Source: Octopus sinensis (lineage: Eukaryota). Taken from it: 64,000 bases of DNA. Location: the NCBI RefSeq assembly GCF_006345805.1, contig NC_042999.1, positions 141,980,001-142,044,000 on the forward strand. Direction: 5' to 3'. Numbering within the stretch: the first letter of the stretch is position 1; every line of letters begins with the position of its first letter. The notes beneath the pieces were generated by a model that worked only from the letters and a program-made list of their open reading frames with translations, was not told the origin of the DNA and did no database searches. A program made the position numbers and the translations under genes. Positions 1 to 12,089 of the stretch are shown piece by piece.

Positions 1-135
1 TACTGCAGCATAACTTTTACCTTCCTGGAACATGTCCAGCAGTTGTACCTTCTCATGGAGCGTCATAACAGCTTTCTGGTGCTTAGATTCACTGCCAGAA
101 GTCTTAGAAGGTGTAGGGCATTTTGGGCAGCATCT
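1..135 (-). mobile_element. Decayed Tigger/pogo-type DNA transposase N-terminus (CENP-B-like HTH), truncated by the window edge
   Basis: Minus strand 117->1 translates PTPSKTSGSESKHQKAVMTLHEKVQLLDMFQEGKSYAAV. This matches the pogo/Tigger N-terminal pattern (K-R-x-x-L-T-L-x-E-K-x-x-L-L-D-x-L-x-x-G-x-S-x-A-x-V). A frameshift separates it from the upstream ATG. Confidence 0.75.
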
Positions 136-848
136 TAGGGCTTTAATAACATGCTGCAAAAAATGCAGTACTCAGCAAAATACTGGAGATAACTTGATGC
201 AGTTTTTCCAAAAAAAGAAACCTACAGAAAAATCTTCTTTGCATCTAATATGCACAAACCACAAATGGGAGATTGAGCAGAGATTAAAAATAATCATGGT
301 TTTGAAAAATTTAGTTTGTATTACCACTAGATACAGTAATCTATAATATAATAATAAGAGAGAGTGAGTGAGTGAGAGAGGGGGGAGGGAGGGAGGGACC
401 AGTAAGTGACCTAATTTCAATGATGCTATATTGGCTCATGACCTTAAAAATTATTCTGTTGAAATAAATATTGTGTATGATCAAATGTAGTAATGATTTA
501 AAAAAATACACTAATAGTTGCTATACTAATTAGCAAGCTTTGAAGGAAAGCAGGAATAAGAGATACAAGATACAGTGTACTCGTATCTAAAAAAAAATCA
601 AGCGACATAATGCATGGCTATTCTAATCAAAGGTATCTTCAGCTGTGAAGGGGCATCCAATAAACTGACAAATATGGTATCTTATTATTAATAGTTTAGC
701 CTTAAAAAGTGTGGAAAAGTATATATTGGCACAAAAAATGCCATAAAAAATCACGGATGATATTTATGATTCCGCAAATAACCGGGCCCACAAATTTGAG
801 AAAAATGCTCATGAATTTATTCCTCAACCAACTATTTGGTTGGAACAA

Positions 849-895
849 ATGTTCTTAGAGTTGAATGCCCTTATAGTTGAACACCCATACAAGAA
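849..895 (+). CDS. Tentative upstream coding exon of the BTB gene (MFLELNALIVEHPYK)
   Basis: Ends AA|GTAAGA (phase 2), which matches the phase-2 acceptor at 1085 across a 189-nt intron. The frame is open from 747 and has an ATG at 849. No homology support. Confidence 0.4.
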
Positions 896-1084
896 GTAAG
901 AATGGAACCCTTTTGTCAGTCAAGCAAACAGAAGCAAATGGTGATGTGTGCATTGTCCAGAGATCTTTAACAAACGCTTTGTATTGTTTGAATTTATTAA
1001 TGGGTATACTTAATGTTACTGTTGACTGTTATCTAACTAGTTATGTGTTTTATGTTTTTGTATTTGAAGCCATTCTGTCTCCAG

Positions 1085-1247
1085 TGAAATCTTACTTCAT
1101 CCACAATCAGATATACCTCCTGTTCAGGAGAAACGCATTTTAGTGGTTCCAAATCATCAAACAGCAGTGATGTCCAATCTATTTTCCATGTGGAAAGCAG
1201 GGCGTTTGTGTGACTCGTACATCAGTAATGGTACTACAAATATATTG
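1085..1247 (+). CDS. BTB/POZ-domain gene, exon encoding the N-terminal half of the BTB domain
   Basis: Acceptor ctgtctccag|T, donor TTG|GTATGT. Translates EILLHPQSDIPPVQEKRILVVPNHQTAVMSNLFSMWKAGRLCDSYISNGTTNIL, the BTB H..L..L....G.LCD pattern. Joins in phase 0 to VHKMVLGAVCPKL of the next exon. Confidence 0.9.
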
Positions 1248-2211
1248 GTATGTCATAAATTTAATTTTAACGCAACTATAATTATAGTTGTAATATAATA
1301 ATTATAATAATTTCAGACATTACCACAAGGCTAAAATTTTGTGGAATGAATATAATTAAATCAGCTTCAGTTCTGCACAGCAACTTCATTTTATCAATTT
1401 TGGAAAGATGAAATGCAAAAATGACTTTAGCAGGATTTAAACTCAGAACATAAAATATTACAACTAAAAGCTGCAAAAAATTTTATCTGACACTAATGAT
1501 TCTACCAATCTTTAAAATATTTAATATAGTTCATAATTCACCCCTATGATTTTATTCATACAGCCTTCTCCTTTTGTCTTGAATCTGTGTAATTTCTTCC
1601 ACGAGGCTGTCTGTTTAAAATGACATCCTAATTTCTTCTACCTAATATTATCTCATATGTACCTTCCACCAGTAACTTACTACACATTTTTACTCAATAA
1701 GCAACGGTTATTGCCATTATATATGTAAATCTGTATAGTTATCTTTCTTGTCATATATCAATCAATAATTAAGATGCTCTGTAACTGTCTCAACTCATGT
1801 ATTTAGCATTTTTTACAAATTAGCAATATATATATCAATCAGCTTGTTCTTAACTTGTTACTTGTCAGTTACAATAGATCTTCTACATTCATTGTCAGTA
1901 TATTATTGCCTTACAGCATAACTTTTACACGTGCTTTATTTGAACTGATCTTTACACAGGGACAGAAATTCATTCTAATACTTCAGTACTACTCTGAATT
2001 TTTCTTCAGTGAGAATTTAGTTAATATTGCTACAGTGAAATGTATTAGGATAACTTTGTCAGTAAAACTTTGTGATTATCCTAAATTCAATAACAGGCTC
2101 CAGTTGAATGATCTTTGCAAATATTAAATGGGTGAAAGGATATTTAATGTGTATAAATTACAATTTTAATTTTTGCTAGATTTGTTCCAGATGTATTTTA
2201 TATGTTTTCAG

Positions 2212-3234
2212 GTCCATAAAATGGTTTTAGGAGCTGTGTGTCCAAAACTACTGCCAGCTCTCCATCATTCATTAAGAGGTTCATTTCCCAAAGTGGTCTT
2301 TCCAAGTTCAGTCAGTAAAGAAGGACTTTTAGCATTTGCAGAATACATGTACAGCGGCATTTTAGATCTGAATGAAGAAATTCTAGTCCAACTGAAGACT
2401 ATTGCTGAAAAATTAGAAATGAAAGATTTTGAAGATCTTTGTTGTAAGGAATTGAACAAAGCTAAGACAAAAGATATTTTATCAGGTGTAGTGGAACCTT
2501 TGTTGGCAGAACCTTGTTCTTTGTCAGGATTATTTCCTTCCAAAGCACAAGGAGACACTAACAAGAATTCTATGCTAATGAAGTTATTTAGAAATAATTA
2601 CAGCAATATTAACATGCAAGCTGATGTTGCCGTTACCATTGCATCAACATCTACATCCAATACAACTTCTGTTTCTGATGTAAGATCTGCAGAAAATATG
2701 GTTACTGACCAGATTGTCGATATCAAGACTGAAGTGGAACCAGAGATAGAGTCTGCCATCAACCCAAAGACCCTGCAGTTAAAAATGGAACCCTGCAGTC
2801 CTGAAGACAATCAAAGCAGTATTGAAGAAGAATTTTCTGTGGATATTCATACGTCCAGTTATAAAAATAATGTTCGGTTAAAACCTGCTGCCAGTACCAC
2901 TCATGAAAATATCAATAAAGACAATGTTGTTAATATTGATTCCAGTGATAGCATCAATATATCTGATACCTGTAGATCTGAAGAGACTTGTATACAGCAT
3001 TCAGAAGACTGTGATAAAGATTCTGATAATCAAAAAGAACTGCAATTAATTTCAGTTACATCTGCTACAGAAAATATAAATGAAGACAGTCTCAGTGATA
3101 ATTCTGATGTGATAAAGATCTCCAGTATGATATCTTCAAATACAAAGTTACCTCAGCCATCAAATTCAGGACCATATCCCATTAGTTTTATTTCTGCACA
3201 TGACAGTAAAAATATAAATCTTCAAAATGTATGA
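2212..3234 (+). CDS. BTB/POZ-domain gene, large exon: BTB C-terminal half plus long Ser/Asp/Asn-rich low-complexity tail
   Basis: Acceptor tatgttttcag|GTC CAT AAA. VHKMVLGAVCPKLL...VSKEGLLAFAEYMYSGILDL...LKTIAEKLEMKDFEDLC is the typical BTB C-half. The frame is open to TGA at 3232-3234, which overlaps a donor-like GTATGA at 3229. Confidence 0.9.
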   Translation, partial: VHKMVLGAVCPKLLPALHHSLRGSFPKVVFPSSVSKEGLLAFAEYMYSGILDLNEEILVQLKTIAEKLEMKDFEDLCCKELNKAKTKDILSGVVEPLLAEPCSLSGLFPSKAQGDTNKNSMLMKLFRNNYSNINMQADVAVTIASTSTSNTTSVSDVRSAENMVTDQIVDIKTEVEPEIESAINPKTLQLKMEPCSPEDNQSSIEEEFSVDIHTSSYKNNVRLKPAASTTHENINKDNVVNIDSSDSINISDTCRSEETCIQHSEDCDKDSDNQKELQLISVTSATENINEDSLSDNSDVIKISSMISSNTKLPQPSNSGPYPISFISAHDSKNINLQNV

Positions 3235-5037
3235 AAAATATTTATTTACCTTTTCCTAATATCAGGTTTGTATAAAGGACTTATAAGTATTTTTAACTGC
3301 AAATTACAAGTTTCCTTTTGTTATTCAAATCAAATTTATTAAAATGAATTGTTGACATATTTATTTTATATGTTGTATAATGTTATTTTTGAAATTACAC
3401 TTTATGCACTGTTACATCTGTTTCTCAGTAATAGCATGATTTGAGTAGATTTTAAAAAATTTTGTCATCTCTGTGTGGTTGTTTTACATTTGAAGGTCAG
3501 ATTTCCTACCATTCATCATTCAACCATAAAATGGAGATATTCAAATAATGAACTTTTAAAGGATGCTTCAGATGAAATACAATGTCAGCGAAATATCCCA
3601 TTATTTGAAAAAAATTTTTTTTTGGCTATTTAAGTCACTGAACTCTCGTTCATGCTAAGCATATCTTTCAAGGTTTATAATAATTTATATTGAGTCGAAT
3701 ACTTCAGTCTGATAAATTATTTTATTGATCGACTAAGTTAGCTTTTGATGTAAAGGGATGCAACTTGATGCAGTGTTTTACAGACAAACACGAGTGTATG
3801 CATATGTATATATATATATATATATATATATGTATCTGTGTGTGTGTTGTCTTTAGCTCACTGACTCACTCCTGTTTCTTTCTCCCTCCAACTGATGGTC
3901 ACATTCGACATGTGTTCACCATTCACCTCTATCACTATCTTTATCCATTTGTCACTCCCCTTTTGCACTCATGTGAATTTACTTGTCTATCTACTACTCA
4001 CTCTGTTCAATCCTTTGTACCAATTCTCTTATTCACCTTCCTGTCATCTAAAGCTTACCTTGTTTCTCAGATGTTTAACTCTATATCAAGTTCCAAACCA
4101 TCTTTCTTAATTTACATGGCAACAAATGATATAATAGCAAAACAGTTTCTTGAGTTCAAATAAAATTAAATGAATTTTTAGAAACAACTACTGATTGTAG
4201 ACTTGCAGTTATAGTATTATTATCATTGTTGTTGTTATTTAGTATCTATATCAAATATTTAAATTATTTCTTAAATTGCCCAGGCAAAAATTTTCTTTGA
4301 ATCTTGAATTATTGTTTGAAAGGCTAGAGAACAATTTGAAAGATTGAAAATAGTGTTAGCACTATTCTCAGGATATATTTAAAAGAGATGACTCTTCTAA
4401 AACATACCACAATAAGCACTTTTTATGATAGTTAATAGTTTTAAAACCATCTCTATTTAACAACTGCATCATTTATTGAATTAGAATTATAAAAAAAGCA
4501 TACTTGATCTCTTTCTGAAACATACTTTGTGTTCTTTTGGGTCAGAAATTAAGTATTAGTTGTGGATGTTATTTCTGTGAACTTTGAGTTAAATTTGGTT
4601 GGTGGAAATTGTTTGAAAGTTTGATGTATGTATGTGTGAGGTTGTGTGTGTGTGTGTATAAATGTTGACGTTCTTTGGCTTAACCTATTGCCATCTGAGT
4701 GAAATGGTGATATGATTTCTACATTCCTCGTTGAGTATACAATTGGTCACCATGTTGTTTCAAAGACCAGTGAAATAAAAGATTCCTTAATTGAAAATCA
4801 AGTATGAGTTGGTAACAAGAAGAGCATCTGGTTGTAAAATCCTTTCTTAAATCACCGTCCAATTCATGTGAGTATGGAAAGAGGGACATTAAACAAACAA
4901 GCAAATATGTGTGTGTTTGTCTCTGTATGTCTTTGCATTGACACTGCTTGGGCTGTAGTGACATTGTGTCCTGTATAAATATGTCCAGCATCTCAGTGAC
5001 AACTTGTGGTATAAAATACCTTACTTAAGAGCAAGTA

Positions 5038-5543
5038 AAGTCTAGGGAACATCAAGGCCAGTTGACATTACCGTAGCAGAAGATCATTCTCTCTCCAAAG
5101 CACTGCCGTAGCAACTGCATTGTTTCTCTTGCGGTATGAACAGTTGCCCCGTCTTGCTGGAACCATGTATGAAGTCTAGTTTGAATGGCTTTCACATTCT
5201 TGACTAGCCTGGATTTTTTCTTGTGGGGATACCTGAAAGAGAGTGTTTATGTCAAGAAACCGGAGACCTTGGTGCAACTGAAGGAGAACATCAATAGAGA
5301 AATCAGAGAAGTGGGGTCTGAAACCACTTAGGGTGTTAAGAGCACAGGCATGCAAAACCAAAAATGGCTGCCATTTAAGGGATGTCAGTTTTCATATGTG
5401 ATGTCGTAGTGTTGCAAAATTTGACTTGTGCATATTAATTTCCATTATATCCTTTATATTGTATCAAAATTTCATGCATTTATTTGTAAAGTTAAGGAAG
5501 TTATTAAAAAGTGAAACCTATCAGTGACTTTTGGGACACCTTG
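5038..5543 (+). mobile_element. Tc1/mariner DD41D (rosa-type) transposon 3' remnant with an internal inversion and right TIR
   Basis: Plus 5200-5330 reads LTSLDFFLWGYLKESVYVKKPETLVQLKENINREI. Minus 5195->5038 reads TWFQQDGATVHTARETMQLLRQCFGERMIFCYGNVNWP*CSLDL. The end TTTTGGGACACCTTG|TA is TIR-like with a TA target. Confidence 0.85.
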
Positions 5544-7732
5544 TATATATATATATATATATATATCATCATCATCATCATCGTTTTACATATATATATA
5601 TATATATATATATTCAAAGCCAATGTTTCATTTCATTATTACTCTTTATGTTTCCTCAACAATTCTTAACAGAAATGTATCAAAACCTGCTTTTGTGATG
5701 GGTATAGGTTTGTATCCATAAATGTGAATACTTTAAGAGCTAAAAAATCTTGTAGTAGTTGGTATCAGAACAGCATTTCCTAATTCTTTATCATTGCAAA
5801 GTTTAATTCTTCTTTTCCTTCGGTCTTCAATAAAACCTTACTGAAAACATCCATACAAGATATAGGAACCTAATTTGTCACCTAAAATAGATAACAGAAA
5901 TGTGAAACTCAACACAGCAAGACAGATTTTTAAACTGATACTTTTGATGAGAAGGTATAATAATAATAACAATAATAATAATAATAACAATAATAATGAT
6001 GATGATGAGGATGATGAAAATAGTGTGTATAGTACTTGTGTGTACTAGAACTCATGGTTTAGTAATCTCAAATATGGTCAAATAAACCAGTCTAATTCTG
6101 GTAAAAATGGAAATAGGTGTTTAAACATTGATAAAAGTTACACCAAAAGCAATGAAACATCAAACATTACTAACATGCGAATGTTTTCAAGAAATGTAAC
6201 ATAGCCACCACCAGTCATTATTTAAAAAAATGAAGATCAAAATCCATTCCTGTATCAATTACATCTTTTCAGATTGTCACTTAATAAGAGAAAAATAAAT
6301 CAATAAATTTACAAATTGGATTTTTTTACATTTATAAAATTAACCAGAGAAGAGGCAGCGTCTGTAGCCATTATATGTCTTTGGGATATTTAAACATGTT
6401 TTTGATGGATATTCATTTTGATCTACTATGTCTTTTCATTTTCAAAGATTAAATATAATAAGTAGATGCTGCTTCATGAAACTTAGATTAGTGATAATGA
6501 GTTTACTAATTTTAATTCATTTGTGGATTAGTTTCTCTGTTTTTCTTTTTTTTAATCTTAATTAAATCTTTTTGTTTAGCCTTATTGAACTTACTTCACC
6601 AATGATTCTAGAATGACATTTTTTCTCTTTTTACTGGAAACCACACTCCTCAGTTCCAAAAGGTCGGAAGTGGTTATGTTGGGAATGATTAGTGTTGATT
6701 TGTAGAAATGAAGTTTTGACTGCTTTAGATTTCATTTTATAAGTTAATCAGGAGGGGAAGAATTATGCTCATGAATAACCATTACAGACCTTTGCAGACT
6801 AGTGAAGTTAATGTGATTGATGCCTGATTGTCTGCACAAAAAAAAATGTGAGCTGGGAGGAAACTGGAATGATGTGAGAAAGGATGAGAAAAACTTTACA
6901 ATTAAACCAAAAGGAATATTCTAGAAATATTTTTGTTTCATGACACATAAACTAGTTTAACTTATATCAGGAATGTCTTTGTTCATTTGGATAGTATTGA
7001 ATATAAGTCCAAAGTATTTTAAATTACCTGAATTTGTATTCCACAGAAATGTTCAATTCATTTTTATTTATTAAATATTTGTCCTATTTATTTACTTTTA
7101 TTTAACATCAGTTTATATATATGCACAGTGTGTGTGTGTGTTATATAATATAATATATATATTCATAATTTTTTTCATTTAATTTGTTAATGTTTCCCCC
7201 TACAGAAAATAAATTATTTTAATATTTTTGTATTTTGTTGTTTATTTACTAAAACTGAAAGGTATATTTGGATTGCTTATCAGAAAACTCTGGTAAAATG
7301 TATTTTCCAAGAGAAAAAATTATTGAACTACTGAAATACTTAATGATCAGATGACATCAAAGTTTCTGAAACTTCTTTATTCAAAATGTTAGACAAGAAG
7401 GGACTGGAGAAATAATCATAAAGCAACACATGATTTCTTATATAACTTCAGTGTGTGTTGTGTGTACTGTACCTGCATTAGCAAAGTAATGAAATCATAT
7501 TTAATGAATTTATTATAAGAATTTAAGACATATATCCAAGATGTGTATAAAATCCCATGTTGAGCAGAAAGATTTTCAGTTAGTAAGGTGTGCCTCACCT
7601 GCTAAGGAGATGGAGAATGTGATTGATTGATGGTGTAAAGAAGGAATGGAATCAAAGTTGATGTGTGAAAAATGTGGCTTCATGAACAACAGAGAAGCAT
7701 AAAATAAATTTCAAACAAGGTAGAAATAACCA

Positions 7733-7842
7733 CATGGTCCCAAGTTCAGTGCCACTTAGGCAAGAGTCTTCTACTGTAACCTCGAACTGACCAAAGCCTT
7801 GTAAGTGGATTTAGTAGATGGAATCTTAAAGAAACCCATAGT
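7733..7842 (+). mobile_element. Partial, old copy of tRNA-derived SINE family A
   Basis: CCACATGGTCCCAAGTTCAGTGCCACTTAGGCAAGAGTCTTCTACTGTAACC...CCAAAGCCTTGTAAGTGGATTTAGTAGATGGAA matches the fuller copies at 35180 and 46504. Confidence 0.75.
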
Positions 7843-7951
7843 GTGTATACACACACACACATGTATATGTATATACATATACATATACATATAAGGAAGA
7901 TGGAGAGTTTAAACACAGAAAAAATCTATTTATTTAATAGTCAATTTCATA

Positions 7952-8044
7952 TTGCCTACATATGTTTCAATTTCTTACCTTCATTCATATTTTGCAATGA
8001 AGATTGCATTATGCATTGAAAAGGTAAAAATATCTTCAGGGCAA
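7952..8044 (-). ncRNA. Degenerate minimal type I hammerhead ribozyme motif (left arm)
   Basis: Minus strand: TTGCC-CTGAAGA-[extended stem II with TTACCTT/AAGGTAA and an inner TGCAAT/ATTGCA hairpin]-GAAAC-ATAT-GTA-GGCAA. Stem I, both core blocks, the palindromic stem III loop and the GUA cleavage triplet are present. The 10.1/11.1 pair is U/U. Confidence 0.65.
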
Positions 8045-8109
8045 AAATTGACAAAAAATTAACTCCCATGCTATTGGCTATAGAGTTGCTTAACAATTTT
8101 TGTCAATTC

Positions 8110-8202
8110 TTGCCCTGAAGAGATTTTTACCTTTTAAATGCACGATGCAATCTTAATTGCAAAATATGGATGAAGGTAAGAAATTGAAACATACACAGGC
8201 AA
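8110..8202 (+). ncRNA. Degenerate minimal type I hammerhead ribozyme motif (right arm)
   Basis: TTGCC-CTGAAGA-G...T-GAAAC-ATAC-ACA-GGCAA. Stem I and the core are intact and 10.1/11.1 is a G.U pair, but the cleavage triplet is ACA instead of GUA. Confidence 0.55.
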
Positions 8203-9179
8203 TATGTAATTGATTATTATGTAAATAAATTGTTTTCTTCTATATTCAAACTCTCCATTTTCCTTATATTATTAAAATTCTGTTCTTCTATATCAAATGG
8301 ATGAAAACATCTATAACGACAACTGGAACTTCATAACACTAATACTAACATAAATTAATGAAATCCAAAGTATATTAATCGATACTGAGCTAAACTGGTG
8401 CCGCTTGTATAAAATACATCCCTGTGAAAGAGTAACCACTTTCCATTCAAAACTTCATAAACACTTGTTATATATATACATATATACACACACATGCATA
8501 CATTGAAACCTCCAGCTTTTGTATCCAGATTATAAATTCACATTATACCAATAATTGGTGCACTTAGGTTTGTAAGTAAATGCCTAAGTGACAATTTGGA
8601 TAAGCTAGAGTTTTCAGAGAAATAAATCAACCAGCTAATTCACACATTACAAATATAATCTATAAGTGGAACAGTAAAAATATGCAAGACTTTTCATAAG
8701 TTTAAAATGTTAATTTGTTTTTGTTATTTATATTCCAATGACAGAACTTTGTATGTTCATCAGAAACCAGCTCCTTCTTCAGAGGAAGATTTCAAATAAT
8801 TAAAAACACAAGAGAACATACATACACACATTATAAGATTGGTAAATAGATAGCCAAAAAAAGGAAAATATTTTAGCAAAATCTATCTTAAAATATTCCT
8901 TATGATTAATTCCTTCATTTGGTGAAAATAAACGACTGCCAAATTATTTCCTTCTATATTGTGCCCTTCCCTTGTTATGTGTGTACGTGTAAAGAAACGT
9001 ATTATATGCAATTATCATCATTTTCACAGAAGAACATGAAATTAAATAAAGGTAAGCTCATGCTTTCTAGAGTTACCAGAATACCATGGGAATGTAAGAA
9101 GTTGCTTGGATATAGCCCTTTCCTTCCATTAACCATTCTAAAAGAACTTTCAGTAGAAAGAGAACTCTGCTTTGGATAG

Positions 9180-10450
9180 AGCACCGATTACCTTGTAAAT
9201 GAAAATATGACACTACGTTGCCCAAACTCTTTTTTGAAGAGGTCTTTTTCATTTTTGTTTTTCATTTTCTATTTCATTAGAGAAGTGGATAAGTCTTGAA
9301 TGTCTCCTTTATTGTTTTGACTTCATTAAGAACACTTATGACCAAAGACGTGTTAATCCCGTCTTTTTTATATCTAGAACTGGGAACTTGATTGCTATTA
9401 TTAGTAGGCTCACGCGTTGGCTCAGTATTCTGTTTGGTGTCATTGAACCTTAGGTCAGCCCTGATCAAGCAGATCTATGATCAAAGCATTCCAACTGTCG
9501 CCATCTCGTCTTTTGTTAGGAGTGTATCTAATATTACCTGTGTTCCCTTCTTATTTAAGGATGTTATTTGAAGAATATTTGGTTTCTACTTTTAGCTAGT
9601 CGAACGACCACGTAGAGGCTTGCAAAATAGGAAAACGTAACAAGAACGTTTAAGAACCACCGGTTTTGATTACCGTAGTTTCTTGTTCATGCTGACCACT
9701 AATCTCTTGAAGACTTATTATAATGGAACAATTTTCAGAAGCCACTACATTCGTTTTGCACCGCGTTTATAGCAGTCCACTTCCGCGAGATGGCTGTTGA
9801 CAAGAAAATATTTTATGTCAAAATATCATCACCTGTTGTTGCTAGTGAGTCTTTCAACTGTATTTCAGTTTCCAAGAATATTTAATCCATTTATTATTTT
9901 AGTAAGACTTAAGTGAATTTGACATTCTCTCTATATTTTTATACAGTAATTGCAATCTTTTAAATTTCTGTTCTTTCTTTGTTTTCTCAGTTTAACAGTA
10001 GAAAGAAAAACTATTAAAAGTACATATAATTTTGGACTATTTTACATATTGGATAGAATACAATGTTGTCGATCCATTCTTTATGAACTAATTATATGAC
10101 AAGTTGGTTTTTGGTACTTGCTCAATATCTTTTACAATATGGTTTGGGTGAAATACGTCCCAATATCCGACAGTTTTGCGAAAACTACTTCCTGATACAA
10201 ATTATACCCTTTTCTTCTCCCACTCAAACGTAAGCAAAACAATAATTAGATGCGAATTAAATGGCCATTGGTGCTGCCCTTCCTTCTCTAAGTAACTCAT
10301 AATTTTAAAAAATAGATATAAATAAAGATATATGTGAAAAGCAGGTATTTAAATGACCGTGTACAGCAAAGTGTCAAAATTAAATATAGTCACAAGTCAT
10401 AAATAGTCACTTTAATGTATACATACATAATTTTGAAATACCTTGAATGT
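9180..10450. promoter_or_regulatory. CpG-rich promoter-like island around the first exon of the 173-aa gene
   Basis: Dense CpGs in unique AT-rich sequence, against CpG-poor flanks. An ETS-like CACTTCCGC (9778-9786) and a YY1-like GAGATGGC overlap the ATG at 9790. Confidence 0.6.
9790..9844 (+). CDS. Uncharacterised 173-aa protein, exon 1 of 7 (MAVDKKIFYVKISSPVVA)
   Basis: ATG lies in the CpG-rich patch. Donor A|GTGAGT (phase 1) matches the phase-1 acceptor at 13375. Confidence 0.75.
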
Positions 10451-12089
10451 TTAGAGAATGCGCAGAAACATAAATAGATTTAGAACAGATGGTTAATCAT
10501 TTTAAAGGAACAACCCTATCAATATTAGTTGGCTGAGTGTTTCTGACTCACTACTTGGCTCATTATGGTCCCTCATTGTTGTATCACCCTGATCTGATCA
10601 GTAAGTAGTCACTTGAATGACCAATGCAATTCAGATTCAGTGCTCCAGATATTCCATACTTTTACTTAGCTGAGAACCACGTTCAATATAAGGAGATGTA
10701 GTTGTTGCTGTTGTTTTATCCAGATCAAACCCGATGAAGCAAACCTATGAACAAAGACATTTTGTAGCTGCACGTGAGGTGATTGAACCTGTTGCAGTGG
10801 TAGTGTAGGGTGAAGTTAGCTACAGCAACAATCTTTATGCCTTGTATATTTTGGAGGGCTTTCATTTTGGGTATATTTGTTTCATTGTGTAGATGGTGTG
10901 TACACTGTTTGTGAAGTATAGTCATATTATCCAGGTAAGATAAAAAAAAAACACAGGGCATTAAAAATGTCAATATAATTCACTGTTGAGGTGTTTTATA
11001 TTCTTTGCACTTTGTTTAATTTGTTGTAGAGAGATTGGAGGTTTGGGCTGGACTGGCATGTTTCACGATGGCTATTAGGGGGAAAACCTTGAAAAATTCA
11101 CTTGGTAGATGTTCTTGACATGTCACCAGCTTGTCATTTATTGAAAGACCAGTGTCATGTTACCTCCCTGTGGTAATGGTGTGTTACTATCCCTAGTTCA
11201 TTCATTGTTCTTTTGCTGTTCACTTCACATGCTACTGTTTTTACCACTTGCAGGTAGATCTAAAGAGGTTGGTGATAGCTGAGCTTGACTTAAAACATAC
11301 AAAATGTTATGAGAATTTATAGTAAATTGCAAATATGTAAGTTATATTTAGAATAAATGAAATTAATTAAATCTTCATTCAATGACTTTAGTAGACACTT
11401 TAATGACTTTAGCAGCACACCAAACATAACCTGGTTATACACCCCTATATTGGTGTGGATGTGTATTAAGGTGTTCAAAACTTCAAATATCAGAGTGTTG
11501 CCCTCTCTCGTATGCATGCATGCTCTATTTTACCACCCTACTTTCTCTCCCCCCCCTGTCCCCCCTTTCTCTCTTTACTTTAATTGCTTTGAGATTTTAA
11601 CTAGAGTTACAAGGTTTATTCTTTTATTGGTTTCAGTCATTGGACTGTAGCCATTCTGGGGCACATTTTAATTGATCATACTAACCTCTGTACTTGTTTT
11701 ATCAATTTCTATTTATTAAGCAAGTTCCATGTTGCTATTTCTTTATTCTTAAAAAAAAACTGAAGAGAAAATAAATACAACATTATATTCTTGAGATTAC
11801 TTTACTGACCTTGCTATGTTTGTTATGAATTATATTTAATTGCTGCAACTGGTATAGTTATGCCCTACTCATGTCTGCATATAGAAATTTATTGATAGAG
11901 TGAAATGTTTCATTGAAGATAATTTTTTTTAGTGAGGCAGAAAACTAATGTTTTTAGGAGAGAATTTAGGCAATTGAATCCATTTAATATGTTATTAGTT
12001 GGTTTGTACTTATTTTAACAACTCCAGAGTAAAGAAGGATCATAATCATCAGTCCATTTTCATACTGGCATGGATTCAGATGAGTTGGC

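Larger units (their letters stand above)
7927..8231. repeat. Foldback inverted repeat (arms of about 135 bp, spacer of about 34 bp), probably a Penelope-like pLTR derivative
   Basis: 7927-8060 is the reverse complement of 8095-8231 at roughly 85-90% identity by eye. Each arm holds a hammerhead-like motif. Confidence 0.85.

Noticed and set aside
2265-2810. Minus-strand ORFs of 99 and 70 aa
   Set aside because: Antisense shadows of the BTB exon.
8745-8799. Plus-strand candidate last exon (TLYVHQKPAPSSEEDFK*) for the BTB gene
   Set aside because: Phase 2 does not match the phase-0 donor at 3229, and no bridging exon was found.
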